DNA of 19,434 nt. Source: a virus (taxonomy: Duplodnaviria > Heunggongvirae > Uroviricota > Caudoviricetes). The translations under genes were made by a program, and so were the position numbers. Positions 7,583-16,082 of the stretch are shown piece after piece. Within the stretch, counting starts at the first letter, position 1; each line of letters begins with the position of its first letter. Below the pieces are notes generated by a model, which ran no database searches, was not told the DNA's origin, and saw nothing but the letters and a program-made list of their open reading frames with translations. The stretch covers positions 1 through 19,434 of the IMG/VR virus record IMGVR_UViG_2778261454_000002; one strand, 5' to 3'.

Positions 7583-8156
7583 CCACAGTTTTAAGGAGAT
7601 AGCCGTGGGTAAGCATCACTGGAAAGTAGAAAAACAGCCTGAGTGGTACGTGAAAGCTGTCAGAAAAACTATCGCGGCGTTGCCGGGTGGTTACGCTGAA
7701 GCTGCTGACTGGCTGGATGTAACAGAGAACGCATTATTTAACCGCCTTCGTGCCGATGGCGATCAGATTTTCCCGCTGGGATGGGCAATGGTTTTGCAAC
7801 GTGCTGGTGGAACTCACTTCATTGCTGACGCTGTGGCGCAGTCTGCAAATGGCGTCTTTGTGTCTCTTCCTGACGTCGAGGATGTGGACAACGCCGATAT
7901 TAACAAGCGCCTGCTGGAAGTCATTGAACAGATTGGCAGTTATTCCAGACAGATTCGTTCGGCAATCGAAGACGGTGTGGTGGAACCGCATGAGAAGACA
8001 GCAATTAACGACGAGCTGTATCTCTCAATTTCGAAGCTGCAGGAGCATGCAGCACTGGTCTACAAAATCTTTTGCATTTCAGAAAGTAATGACGCCCGCG
8101 AGTGTGCAGCTCCGGGCGCCGTGGCGTGTCGTGACTGTGGAGAAACTAACGCATGA
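7572..8156 (+). CDS. CII/YdaT-like phage regulatory protein
   Basis: 194 aa directly after cro with an 11-nt overlap; position and size fit CII-type regulators (CP76/YdaT-like) of lambdoid prophages. Family assignment is from memory and uncertain. Confidence 0.55.
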   Translation: MESNHSFKEIAVGKHHWKVEKQPEWYVKAVRKTIAALPGGYAEAADWLDVTENALFNRLRADGDQIFPLGWAMVLQRAGGTHFIADAVAQSANGVFVSLPDVEDVDNADINKRLLEVIEQIGSYSRQIRSAIEDGVVEPHEKTAINDELYLSISKLQEHAALVYKIFCISESNDARECAAPGAVACRDCGETNA

Positions 8157-8491
8157 ACAGTTTAACAACACACTACCGTCGCTCGCAACTGATTGCGCTT
8201 CCTGTACCGGGTGGAAAAGCGAAGGTGGAGTATTGCTATGCAGTTAATGTACCAGGTGACAGGGAAATTGTAACCCACAGCTTTGCTGAGTGGGCTGTGG
8301 GTGATTTCAACCGGCAGAAGGAGACAGTCCTTTGCGACAAGTTAACCGCTGGTTCAAAGATCACTACGGAGTGCCCGTCAGAGTCATTCGTTGGGAACCG
8401 GAAACACAACGGGTTATCTACCTCCGCGAAGGCTATGAGTATGAGTGCTTCAGCCCGCTCGAACAGTTTCGTCGTAAATTCAGGGAAATAG
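8153..8491 (+). CDS. Hypothetical protein; reading frame probably disrupted in its 3' half
   Basis: ATGA overlap with the upstream stop. N-terminal 60 aa look protein-like, but the C-terminal third is Ser-rich low complexity, while an overlapping Met-less frame (8305..8511) encodes a protein-like sequence. Confidence 0.4.
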   Translation: MNSLTTHYRRSQLIALPVPGGKAKVEYCYAVNVPGDREIVTHSFAEWAVGDFNRQKETVLCDKLTAGSKITTECPSESFVGNRKHNGLSTSAKAMSMSASARSNSFVVNSGK

Positions 8492-8500
8492 AGGTCGGTC

Positions 8501-9136
8501 ATGAGCACTAAATTAACCGGCTATGTATGGGATGGTTGCGCAGCGTCAGGCATGAAATTATCCAGCGTGGCAATTATGGCCCGCCTGGCTGATTTCAGTA
8601 ATGACGAAGGTGTGTGCTGGCCATCAATTGAAACCATTGCCCGCCAGATTGGCGCGGGGATGAGTACCGTCAGAACGGCTATCGCACGGCTGGAAGCAGA
8701 AGGCTGGTTAACGCGTAAGGCGCGTCGCCAGGGTATCTGCATCATCGTCTGCCTGTCATGGGCTGTTAATCATTACCGTGATAACGCCATCGCCTATAAA
8801 GAACAGCGCGATAAAGCCACGTCTATCATCGCTGATATGCAGAAGCGTCAACGTGATGTAGCAGAACTTGACGCCAGATACACAAAGGAGCTTGCTGATG
8901 CTAATGCGACTATCGAAAGTCTCCGTGATGATGTTTCTGCTGGGCGTAAGCGCCTGCAAGTCGCCGCCACCTGTGCAAAGTCAACGACCGGAGCCAGCAG
9001 CATGGGCGATGGAGAAAGCCCAGGACTTACAGCAGATGCTGAACTCAATTATTACCGTCTCCGAAGTGGAATCGACAAGATAACCGCGCAGGTTAACTAC
9101 CTGCAGGAATACATCAGGACGCAATGCCTGAAATAA
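8501..9136 (+). CDS. Chimeric ORF: replication-initiator-like HTH N-terminal domain (about 78 aa) fused in frame to the C-terminal part of i-spanin Rz
   Basis: N-terminal [34 protein letters not shown] is an HTH typical of phage O-like initiators. From [19 protein letters not shown]... onward it is colinear with lambda Rz ([20 protein letters not shown]...[19 protein letters not shown]...LRDDVAAGRRRL...). Junction near nt 8735. Confidence 0.7.
   Translation: MSTKLTGYVWDGCAASGMKLSSVAIMARLADFSNDEGVCWPSIETIARQIGAGMSTVRTAIARLEAEGWLTRKARRQGICIIVCLSWAVNHYRDNAIAYKEQRDKATSIIADMQKRQRDVAELDARYTKELADANATIESLRDDVSAGRKRLQVAATCAKSTTGASSMGDGESPGLTADAELNYYRLRSGIDKITAQVNYLQEYIRTQCLK
8904..9083 (+). CDS. rz1: o-spanin Rz1 lipoprotein, embedded in the +1 frame of Rz
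   Basis: Inside track ORF 8868..9083; [18 protein letters not shown] has a lipobox (LLGVSAC) followed by a Pro-rich segment ([16 protein letters not shown]), as in lambda Rz1. Start codon chosen by me. Confidence 0.7.
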   Translation: MRLSKVSVMMFLLGVSACKSPPPVQSQRPEPAAWAMEKAQDLQQMLNSIITVSEVESTR

Positions 9137-9159
9137 TTTTTTTGCAAATCACAAAGTCA

Positions 9160-9235
9160 ATTTAATGAGCCTCGCGATGCGGGGCTTTTTGCAATAAATG
9201 CGTACCGCAACGCATGTTTTTTACACCGAACCTGC
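9160..9235 (+). terminator. Two tandem hairpin/T-run elements downstream of Rz
   Basis: AGCCTCGC-GAT-GCGGGGCT followed by TTTTT, and ATGCG-TACCGCAA-CGCAT followed by GTTTTTT. Coordinates approximate. Confidence 0.4.
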
Positions 9236-9337
9236 CCCTTTGGAATGGGCCTTTGAGGATACCAGTTAGTGCTGGCGAGCCTCGGTGGGCTGGTTTCCTG
9301 TGCGGCAAAGGTTCATTTCAAAGAGTAGGTACACGCT

Positions 9338-9835
9338 ATGAAATCATTAACCCTCTTCAATCAACCAATTCGTATCGGTGAAGATGGCATGATCTGCCTC
9401 ACTGATATGTGGAAAGCCAGTGGTAAAAGTGAATCTGAATCGCCTTACCACTACCTGCGAAACAAGCAGACCAAAGAGTTCTTAGCCGAGCTGGAGAAAA
9501 ACCACGAATCTGTGGTTTTTACTGAGCGCGGTGTACACGGTGGAACATATGGCGGGAAGTTTGTTGCTTACGATTATGCGGCTTGGTTAAACCCCGGGTT
9601 CAAGTACGCGGCCTATAAAGTCCTCGATGACTACTTCACAGGAGAACTTCAGCATCGCAACAGCTTAAGTGCGCAGCTCAACATGAAATGTCATGAGTTT
9701 GACCAGAAGAAAGACATGGCGAGTTTCTGCGGACAAGGGCTGGCGGCATGGCGCTATACGAAGCCAGTGTTGGTCGCTGAGATTAACTCCCTGGCTAACC
9801 AGCTGCAGATTACGATCCCCGGGCTTCCGGGATGA
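9338..9835 (+). CDS. KilA-N domain protein
   Basis: 165 aa; N-terminal pattern (FNQPIRIGEDGMICLTDMWKASGK...) matches the KilA-N DNA-binding domain as recalled. Confidence 0.65.
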   Translation: MKSLTLFNQPIRIGEDGMICLTDMWKASGKSESESPYHYLRNKQTKEFLAELEKNHESVVFTERGVHGGTYGGKFVAYDYAAWLNPGFKYAAYKVLDDYFTGELQHRNSLSAQLNMKCHEFDQKKDMASFCGQGLAAWRYTKPVLVAEINSLANQLQITIPGLPG

Positions 9836-10089
9836 GTGATCGTGTCATTGAATGCGCCTCCAGAGCGGGGCGCGACTTCTCAGAGTTCATGAAAGGCGAG
9901 AAGGGCATGATGGAAGCATTGGCCTCGGTGGATGAGTTTGGCGAGCAGCTGCGCCTCAACGGCTGTGTCAATCATCACTTTGTTAGCTACATGATGCGGA
10001 ACTCGATCATGCAGGCATTCATGGACATGGCAAAAGCCGAGAGGAAAGAAGAGCGCCGGCGTAAGCGAGCGGAAGCAAAAGCGAAGTAG
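9832..10089 (+). CDS. Hypothetical protein (85 aa, basic C-terminus)
   Basis: ATGA overlap with the KilA-N stop; C-terminal KAERKEERRRKRAEAKAK; followed by a hairpin (AAGCCCA...TGGGCTT). Confidence 0.5.
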   Translation: MSDRVIECASRAGRDFSEFMKGEKGMMEALASVDEFGEQLRLNGCVNHHFVSYMMRNSIMQAFMDMAKAERKEERRRKRAEAKAK

Positions 10090-10183
10090 CCATTCCAAAG
10101 CCCATCTACGGGTGGGCTTGATAATGGTATGTATTGTCTTCGGGAAGGCTTTGTAGATGTTAAGCGATTATTAAGAGGCAATC

Positions 10184-10342
10184 ATGACTTTAGCTGAACG
10201 TGTAAAGAGAATTGAGAGCGAATTAAAAGACATTAAATCGCAACTCAATTCTGGTACCGATTCTAGGAAAACAGCAAAAGCAATGCCCTTATCCAGTCTT
10301 GCAAAAGAGGGAGGTATCCCTGGGGGGTTAGTTAAAAAATGT
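10184..10342 (+). CDS. Small hypothetical protein (52 aa)
   Basis: Not in the track; AAGAGG RBS 6 nt upstream of ATG; predicted MTLAERVKRIESELKDIKSQLNSGTDSRKTAKAMPLSSLAKEGGIPGGLVKKC; its 3' end overlaps the convergent protease gene. Confidence 0.3.
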
Positions 10343-10792
10343 TAACTCAAATACTTGATTGGAAAAATCCATCGTAAGGGCGCCCATTTTAATTAGTTGC
10401 ATTCCGAAAACGACTTGGAATTTTCTCCCGTTACTTACCAATGGCACTGAAGTCAATTCTGTTGAAAAAACTCTTTCGTCCTCAGTGAACGATATTACCG
10501 CATGCCGAACTGTAGTTTCTATTGTTGAGGTGGCTCCGCTCACAGTTGTTTTTTCCGCGATTGGGAGTTTTAAATCGTCAGCAAAGTCTGAATCCACATA
10601 GCAAAGATCTGCTCCGGTATCTATAAGTGCGTAGGCACCAGCCTTCAATCCATTTGGTTTATAAACGTTTATATCTTTTGAGCTACTTGGCCATACTGTC
10701 AATGGAACTACGGGAATTGCATGCTCCGTGGGGGTATCTGATACCGATCCATCAATAGGGGAAATAAACTTGATTTTTACTTTGGTGATCAT
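10328..10792 (-). CDS. Retropepsin-like (clan AA) aspartic protease
   Basis: 154 aa; catalytic-type motif ALIDTGADLCYVD (D-T-G-A) and C-terminal GMQLIKMGALTMDF resembling the retropepsin dimerisation strand; AAGGA RBS. AT-rich, opposite orientation to its neighbours, with its own upstream intergenic region. Confidence 0.65.
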   Translation of the reverse strand: MITKVKIKFISPIDGSVSDTPTEHAIPVVPLTVWPSSSKDINVYKPNGLKAGAYALIDTGADLCYVDSDFADDLKLPIAEKTTVSGATSTIETTVRHAVISFTEDERVFSTELTSVPLVSNGRKFQVVFGMQLIKMGALTMDFSNQVFELTFFN

Positions 10793-11051
10793 CCTTTTTC
10801 CTTCGAAGAGTTATTCAGCCATTCCTCCTCTTTGCGTGAATCAGTGTCCCACCACTGACGGGCTGAATGCTTACCTTACCCGGGGTTAAAACGAAGTAAT
10901 ACCCTGATATTCAGACAGTAACCGCATCGCGCGGCATTTATGCGCATCGCACGCGCACATCAAAGAAAGTCTTTCAGCTGTGAGCCTGGGCAAACCGTTA
11001 ACTTTCGGCGGCTTTGCCGTGCGACAGGCTCACGCCTAAAAGGAAATACCC

Positions 11052-11216
11052 ATGAAATATTTATCGCTACAACAGGCGATGCTCGGCATGCGAGTAATCA
11101 TGACCGATGATGGCCTCATTTTGAAAAGCCCGGCAGGTAGTGCGCATTACGATCTGAAAGGTCGACGCCATACAGTTTGGGGGATGCTTCTTTCTTCCCG
11201 GAGCATATGCGTGTGA
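11052..11216 (+). CDS. Small hypothetical protein (54 aa)
   Basis: Not in the track; ATG about 8 nt after AAGGA; overlaps the next ORF in a different frame. Confidence 0.3.
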   Translation: MKYLSLQQAMLGMRVIMTDDGLILKSPAGSAHYDLKGRRHTVWGMLLSSRSICV

Positions 11217-11725
11217 AGGATAAGCGTAAGCCTAATCTCAGCCGTATTGTTTTTGAGAAAGACTGCACGACTATTTATGGTGCTGATGGAAAACCACAAG
11301 CACGCATAGGTAACTGGGATAAACCGGGAGAACCAAAAGGCTGGCGAATCCAAAAAGACGGCGCGTATATAACGTCTTATGAATTCAATCCTAAGAATAA
11401 TTTTAATGAGAACGGCCAGCAGTATGCAGCTGGAATGGTCGTTGGTATTGATGTGCAAAAGGGCAATGCAGCTGTTAATGCCAATCAATTTAAGTCTCCG
11501 ATAGAAGCACCAGATCCAATAACCGAGAGCATTTTAGAAAATGCACTTTCAACCCATGCTGCTAATAAAAACATCCAGGCCCTCATCAACCAGCAAGCAA
11601 AGGAGATCGTGGAAATGAAACAGGGCTTTGCCGAGTCTGTAAAAAAGGAGCTGGCTAAGCATCTTCGCCATGGTGGATTGATGTGGTCTGCATTAGTCAA
11701 GCGAAGTAGACGTTTAGACGTCTAA
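11207..11725 (+). CDS. Hypothetical protein (172 aa from ATG; track ORF begins at TTG 11177)
   Basis: Long ORF with no family recognised; the last gene before cos, where lambda carries bor and accessory ORFs. Confidence 0.5.
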   Translation: MRVKDKRKPNLSRIVFEKDCTTIYGADGKPQARIGNWDKPGEPKGWRIQKDGAYITSYEFNPKNNFNENGQQYAAGMVVGIDVQKGNAAVNANQFKSPIEAPDPITESILENALSTHAANKNIQALINQQAKEIVEMKQGFAESVKKELAKHLRHGGLMWSALVKRSRRLDV

Positions 11726-11789
11726 ATAACAACAGGCACTCAAACACAATTGATAACCATTATCGTTTGGGTCCTTTCCGGCAATCCGC

Positions 11790-11815
11790 CCTGTTACGGG
11801 GCGGCGTCCGCGCAG
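11790..11815. other. cos site: cosN nicking region with predicted 12-nt cohesive end GGGCGGCGTCCG (about 11799-11810), cosB downstream
   Basis: GTTACGGGGCGGCGTCCGCGCAGATTCTCGCTATATATGAAAATTTT is nearly identical to lambda cosN (GTTACGGGGCGGCGACCTCGCGGGTTTTCGCTATTTATGAAAATTTT), about 80 nt upstream of Nu1. Confidence 0.7.
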
Positions 11816-11886
11816 ATTCTCGCTATATATGAAAATTTTGGACATGAGGTTGTTGTTTAATCATTGCTGAAAACGGGTGAGGGAAT

Positions 11887-12393
11887 ATGGCCGTGCTATT
11901 GAATAAATCTGATATGGCTTCCTCGCTGGGAATATCCGTCCAGGCCTTTGATAAATGGGGTGTCCAGCCAGTAGAAAAGAGAGGGCGAGAAGTCTTCTTT
12001 GACGTTCGTTCAGTCGTTGATAACCGCATCGAACACCAGAGTCGAAAACTACAACCATCGCCGGGAGAAGACGATGATAGTGTCAATATTGATTATGAAC
12101 GTTGGCGTTTAACTCGTGCTAATGCGGATGCGGCTGAGCTGGCCAATGAGAAAAAGCGTCGCGAGGTCGTAGAGACTGCGTTTTGTACCTTCGTGTTATC
12201 CAGAATTGCCGCTGAAATATCCAGTATTCTGGATGGCATACCCCTTTCGATGCAGCGCCGGTTCCCTGAGCTGGAAAATCGGCATATCGAGTTCCTGAAA
12301 GGGGACGTAATAAAGGCAATGAATAAGGCTGCGGCGCTGGATGAACGGATTCCGGGGTTGTTGAATGATTATATCGACCAGTCAGGTAGCTAA
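11887..12393 (+). CDS. Nu1: Terminase small subunit Nu1
   Basis: 168 aa; C-terminal two-thirds almost identical to lambda Nu1 (VVETAFCTFVLSRIA.EI.SILDG.PLS.QRRFPELENRH..FLK...IKAMNKAAALDE.IPGLL); GAGGGA RBS. Confidence 0.9.
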   Translation: MAVLLNKSDMASSLGISVQAFDKWGVQPVEKRGREVFFDVRSVVDNRIEHQSRKLQPSPGEDDDSVNIDYERWRLTRANADAAELANEKKRREVVETAFCTFVLSRIAAEISSILDGIPLSMQRRFPELENRHIEFLKGDVIKAMNKAAALDERIPGLLNDYIDQSGS

Positions 12394-14287
12394 TCTGCGA
12401 ACAGCGGTAAAAGCTGGTCTGAAATCACTATACCGCCCGGAACCCATGACAGCTGTCGAATGGGCCGATGCGCATTATTACCTTCCGAAGGAATCCGCTT
12501 ATCAGGAAGGGCGCTGGGAAACATTGCCATTTCAGCGCGCGATCATGAATGCGATGGGCAGCGACTATATTCGCATTGTTAACGTAATTAAGTCGGCGCG
12601 AGTAGGCTATTCGAAAATGCTACTCGGCGTCATTGCTTATTTCATCGAGCACAAACAACGTAATGAGTTGCTGTGGCTGCCGACCGACGGCGACGCAGAT
12701 AATTTCATGAAGTCACACGTTGAACCTACGATCCGTGATGTTCCCTCGCTGTTATCACTTGCTCCCTGGTATGGGAAAAAGCACAGGGATAACACGCTGT
12801 CGATGAAGCGATTTACCAATGGCCGTGGCTTCTGGTGCCTGGGTGGTAAATCGGCTAAGAACTATCGTGAAAAATCAGTCGATGTCGTTGGATACGATGA
12901 GCTGGCTGCGTTTGACGCTGATATTGAGAAAGAGGGTTCGCCGACCTTCCTGGGGGATAAGCGTATCGAGGGTTCTGTTTGGCCCAAATCCATACGCGGT
13001 TCGACACCGAAATTGCGTGGAACGTGTCAGATTGAGCGGGCAGCAAAAGAGTCCGGACATTTTATGCGATTTCATGTCGCATGTCCGCACTGTGGTGAAG
13101 AGCAGTATCTTAAATTTGGTGACCGGGATACGCCTTTCGGCTTCAAATGGGAGCCTGAGCAGGCCGAAACGGTCTACTACCTCTGCGAGCATAATGCTTG
13201 TGTCATTAAGCAACATGAACTGGACTTTTCCAACGCTCGTTATATCTGCGAATTGACCGGAATATGGACGCGCGACGGGCTTCGCTGGTTCTCATCGTCT
13301 AATGCTGAAATTGATCCACCTGAAAGCGTAACTTTCCACATCTGGACAGCTTATAGCCCGTTTACCACTTGGGTACAGATAGTTAAAGACTGGTTCAAAA
13401 CGAAAGGCGACACGGGTAAACGCAAGACATTTGTGAACACCACCCTGGGCGAAACGTGGGAAGCGAAAATCGGTGATCGCCCCGATGCAGACGTTTTAGC
13501 AGAGCGTAAAGAGCACTTTGATGCTGCAGTACCTGAGCGAGTGGCGTATCTGACAGCGGGGATTGACTCCCAGCTCGACCGTTACGAAATGCGTGTGTGG
13601 GGATGGGGGCCGGGTGAGGAAAGCTGGCTTATCGACAGGCAAATCATCATGGGTCGCCATGATGATGAGTCAACGCTTGCCCGTGTGGATGAGGCGATTA
13701 ACAAGACATATAAACGCCGGAACGGCGTAGAAATGTTTATATCCCGTATCTGCTGGGATATCGGTGGTATTGACCCCACTATCGTTTACAACCGCTCGAA
13801 AAAACACGGTCTGTTTCGTGTGATCCCGATAAAGGGTGCGTCGGTTTATGGAAAGCCGGTGGCGAACATGCCCCGCAAACGCAACAAAAACGGTGTTTAT
13901 CTGACAGAAGTGGGTACTGATACCGCGAAAGAGCAGATTTATAACCGCTTCACGCTGACCGTTGAAGGTGATGAGCCTCTGGCCGGTGCCGTTCACTTCC
14001 CCAATAACCCCGATATTTATGATCTTTCAGAGGCGCAGCAGCTGACCGCCGAAGAACTGGTCGAAAAGTGGGTTGATGGTAAGAGAAAAATCATATGGGA
14101 CAGCAAAAAAAGGCGAAATGAGGCTCTCGACTGCTTTGTTTACGCACTGGCGGCGCTTCGTATCAGCATATCCCGCTGGCAGCTTAACCTTGATTCACTT
14201 CTTGCCAGCCTGCTGGAGGAAGAAGGCACCCGTAACAATAACAAGACCCTGGCGGATTACGCGCGGGCATTGTCTGGAGAGGAATAA
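12365..14287 (+). CDS. A: Terminase large subunit A
   Basis: 640 aa versus 641 in lambda; high identity along the full length (for example [40 protein letters not shown]); overlaps Nu1 as in lambda. Confidence 0.95.
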   Translation: MIISTSQVANLRTAVKAGLKSLYRPEPMTAVEWADAHYYLPKESAYQEGRWETLPFQRAIMNAMGSDYIRIVNVIKSARVGYSKMLLGVIAYFIEHKQRNELLWLPTDGDADNFMKSHVEPTIRDVPSLLSLAPWYGKKHRDNTLSMKRFTNGRGFWCLGGKSAKNYREKSVDVVGYDELAAFDADIEKEGSPTFLGDKRIEGSVWPKSIRGSTPKLRGTCQIERAAKESGHFMRFHVACPHCGEEQYLKFGDRDTPFGFKWEPEQAETVYYLCEHNACVIKQHELDFSNARYICELTGIWTRDGLRWFSSSNAEIDPPESVTFHIWTAYSPFTTWVQIVKDWFKTKGDTGKRKTFVNTTLGETWEAKIGDRPDADVLAERKEHFDAAVPERVAYLTAGIDSQLDRYEMRVWGWGPGEESWLIDRQIIMGRHDDESTLARVDEAINKTYKRRNGVEMFISRICWDIGGIDPTIVYNRSKKHGLFRVIPIKGASVYGKPVANMPRKRNKNGVYLTEVGTDTAKEQIYNRFTLTVEGDEPLAGAVHFPNNPDIYDLSEAQQLTAEELVEKWVDGKRKIIWDSKKRRNEALDCFVYALAALRISISRWQLNLDSLLASLLEEEGTRNNNKTLADYARALSGEE

Positions 14288-14493
14288 TGGCAACACAGAC
14301 TGAACTGGATGCCGCGCGCGCTGCGTTACATGACCTGATGATGGGGAAACGAGTGGCGACGGTACAGAAAGATGGCCGAAGAGTGGAATTTACAGCTACC
14401 TCAGTTACCGATCTCAAAAAGTATATTGCTGACCTTGAATCTCAGGTTGGTACCACATCACGACGCCAGGGGCCTGCAAGGTTTTACGTATGA
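14287..14493 (+). CDS. W: Head-tail joining protein W
   Basis: 68 aa, near-identical to lambda gpW ([41 protein letters not shown]). Confidence 0.9.
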   Translation: MATQTELDAARAALHDLMMGKRVATVQKDGRRVEFTATSVTDLKKYIADLESQVGTTSRRQGPARFYV

Positions 14494-16082
14494 AAATACC
14501 ATCTTTAGTGGGTCCTGACGGGAAAACATCCCTTCGGGAATACGCGGGGTATCATGGCGGCGGCGGAGGGTTTGGTGGTCAGTTGCGGGGCTGGAATCCA
14601 CCAAGCGAAAGTGCTGATGCGGCTCTTCTGCCTAACTTCTCGCGCGGAAATGCCCGTGCTGACGATCTGGTCAGAAATAATGGCTATGCGGCAAACGCCG
14701 TGCAGCTCCACCAGGACCACATCGTCGGGTCATTTTTCAGACTCAGCTATCGACCGAGCTGGCGCTATCTTGGCATCAATGAGGAGGATTCACGCGCATT
14801 TTCGCGGGATGTAGAAGCCGCCTGGAACGAGTATGCCGAGGATGATTTTTGCGGGATTGATGCTGAGCGCAAGCGAACCTTTACGATGATGATCCGTGAA
14901 GGTGTGGCCATGCATGCGTTTAACGGTGAATTATGCATGCAGGCGACCTGGGACAGCGATTCAACGCGTCTTTTCCGTACTCAGTTCAAAATGGTCAGTC
15001 CGAAGCGCGTCAGTAATCCAAACAATATCGGTGATACCCGGAACTGTCGCGCTGGGGTAAAAATCAATAACAGTGGTGCTGCGCTGGGATATTACGTCAG
15101 CGACGACGGATACCCCGGCTGGATGTCACAGAACTGGACCTATATTCCGCGCGAGCTTCCTGGTGGCCGCCCCTCGTTTATCCATGTATTCGAACCGATG
15201 GAGGATGGACAGACCCGTGGGGCTAATGCGTTTTACAGCGTGATGGAGCAGATGAAAATGCTCGATACCCTGCAAAACACCCAGCTCCAGAGCGCTATCG
15301 TAAAGGCCATGTATGCAGCCACCATCGAGAGTGAACTGGATACCCAATCGGCGATGGATTTTATCCTCGGTGCGGATAATAAAGAGCAGCAGAGCAAACT
15401 GACAGGCTGGCTCGGCGAAATGGCAGCCTATTACTCCGCTGCGCCGGTTCGCCTGGGCGGGGCAAGGGTCCCACACCTGTTGCCGGGGGATTCTCTTAAC
15501 CTTCAGTCGGCGCAGGATACCGATAACGGCTATTCAACGTTCGAACAATCCCTGCTGCGTTATATTGCTGCAGGGCTGGGTGTGTCGTATGAGCAGCTTT
15601 CACGAAACTATTCGCAGATGAGCTACTCGACCGCACGCGCAAGTGCTAACGAGTCCTGGGTGTACTTTATGGGGCGTCGCAAGTTTGTTGCGTCCCGACA
15701 GGCCTGCCAGATGTTTCTTTGCTGGCTGGAAGAAGCGATTGCCAGAAGGGTGGTCACGCTTCCTTCGAAAGCCCGTTTCAGTTTCCAGGAGGCTCGAACA
15801 GCATGGGGGAACGCCAGCTGGATTGGCTCTGGCCGAATGGCTATTGACGGGCTGAAAGAGGTGCAGGAAGCCGTCATGCTTATTGAGGCTGGTCTCAGCA
15901 CGTATGAGAAAGAGTGCGCCAAACGCGGTGATGATTATCAGGAGATTTTTGCCCAGCAGGTCCGGGAAACAATGGAGCGTCGTGCTGCGGGTCTGAAACC
16001 ACCGGCATGGGCCGCTGCCGCTTTTGAGGCTGGACTGAAAAAATCAAACGAGGAGGAGCAAGATGGCGCACGAGCTGCGTAA
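14490..16082 (+). CDS. B: Portal protein B
   Basis: 530 aa versus 533 in lambda; very high identity ([54 protein letters not shown]). Confidence 0.95.
   Translation: MKIPSLVGPDGKTSLREYAGYHGGGGGFGGQLRGWNPPSESADAALLPNFSRGNARADDLVRNNGYAANAVQLHQDHIVGSFFRLSYRPSWRYLGINEEDSRAFSRDVEAAWNEYAEDDFCGIDAERKRTFTMMIREGVAMHAFNGELCMQATWDSDSTRLFRTQFKMVSPKRVSNPNNIGDTRNCRAGVKINNSGAALGYYVSDDGYPGWMSQNWTYIPRELPGGRPSFIHVFEPMEDGQTRGANAFYSVMEQMKMLDTLQNTQLQSAIVKAMYAATIESELDTQSAMDFILGADNKEQQSKLTGWLGEMAAYYSAAPVRLGGARVPHLLPGDSLNLQSAQDTDNGYSTFEQSLLRYIAAGLGVSYEQLSRNYSQMSYSTARASANESWVYFMGRRKFVASRQACQMFLCWLEEAIARRVVTLPSKARFSFQEARTAWGNASWIGSGRMAIDGLKEVQEAVMLIEAGLSTYEKECAKRGDDYQEIFAQQVRETMERRAAGLKPPAWAAAAFEAGLKKSNEEEQDGARAA

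Noticed and set aside
9987-10181. Minus-strand ORFs 9880..10098 and 9987..10181 antisense to the 85-aa gene
   Set aside because: Antisense overlap with a plus-strand ORF that is translationally coupled to the KilA-N gene; no RBS.
12637-15922. Many track ORFs of 60-145 aa on either strand inside the terminase, portal and protease genes (for example 12819..13256 +, 13670..13996 -, 14505..14720 -, 15126..15476 -, 15623..15922 -)
   Set aside because: They overlap, out of frame or antisense, genes whose products align end to end with lambda A, B and C. They have no RBS and odd composition, so they are chance ORFs.
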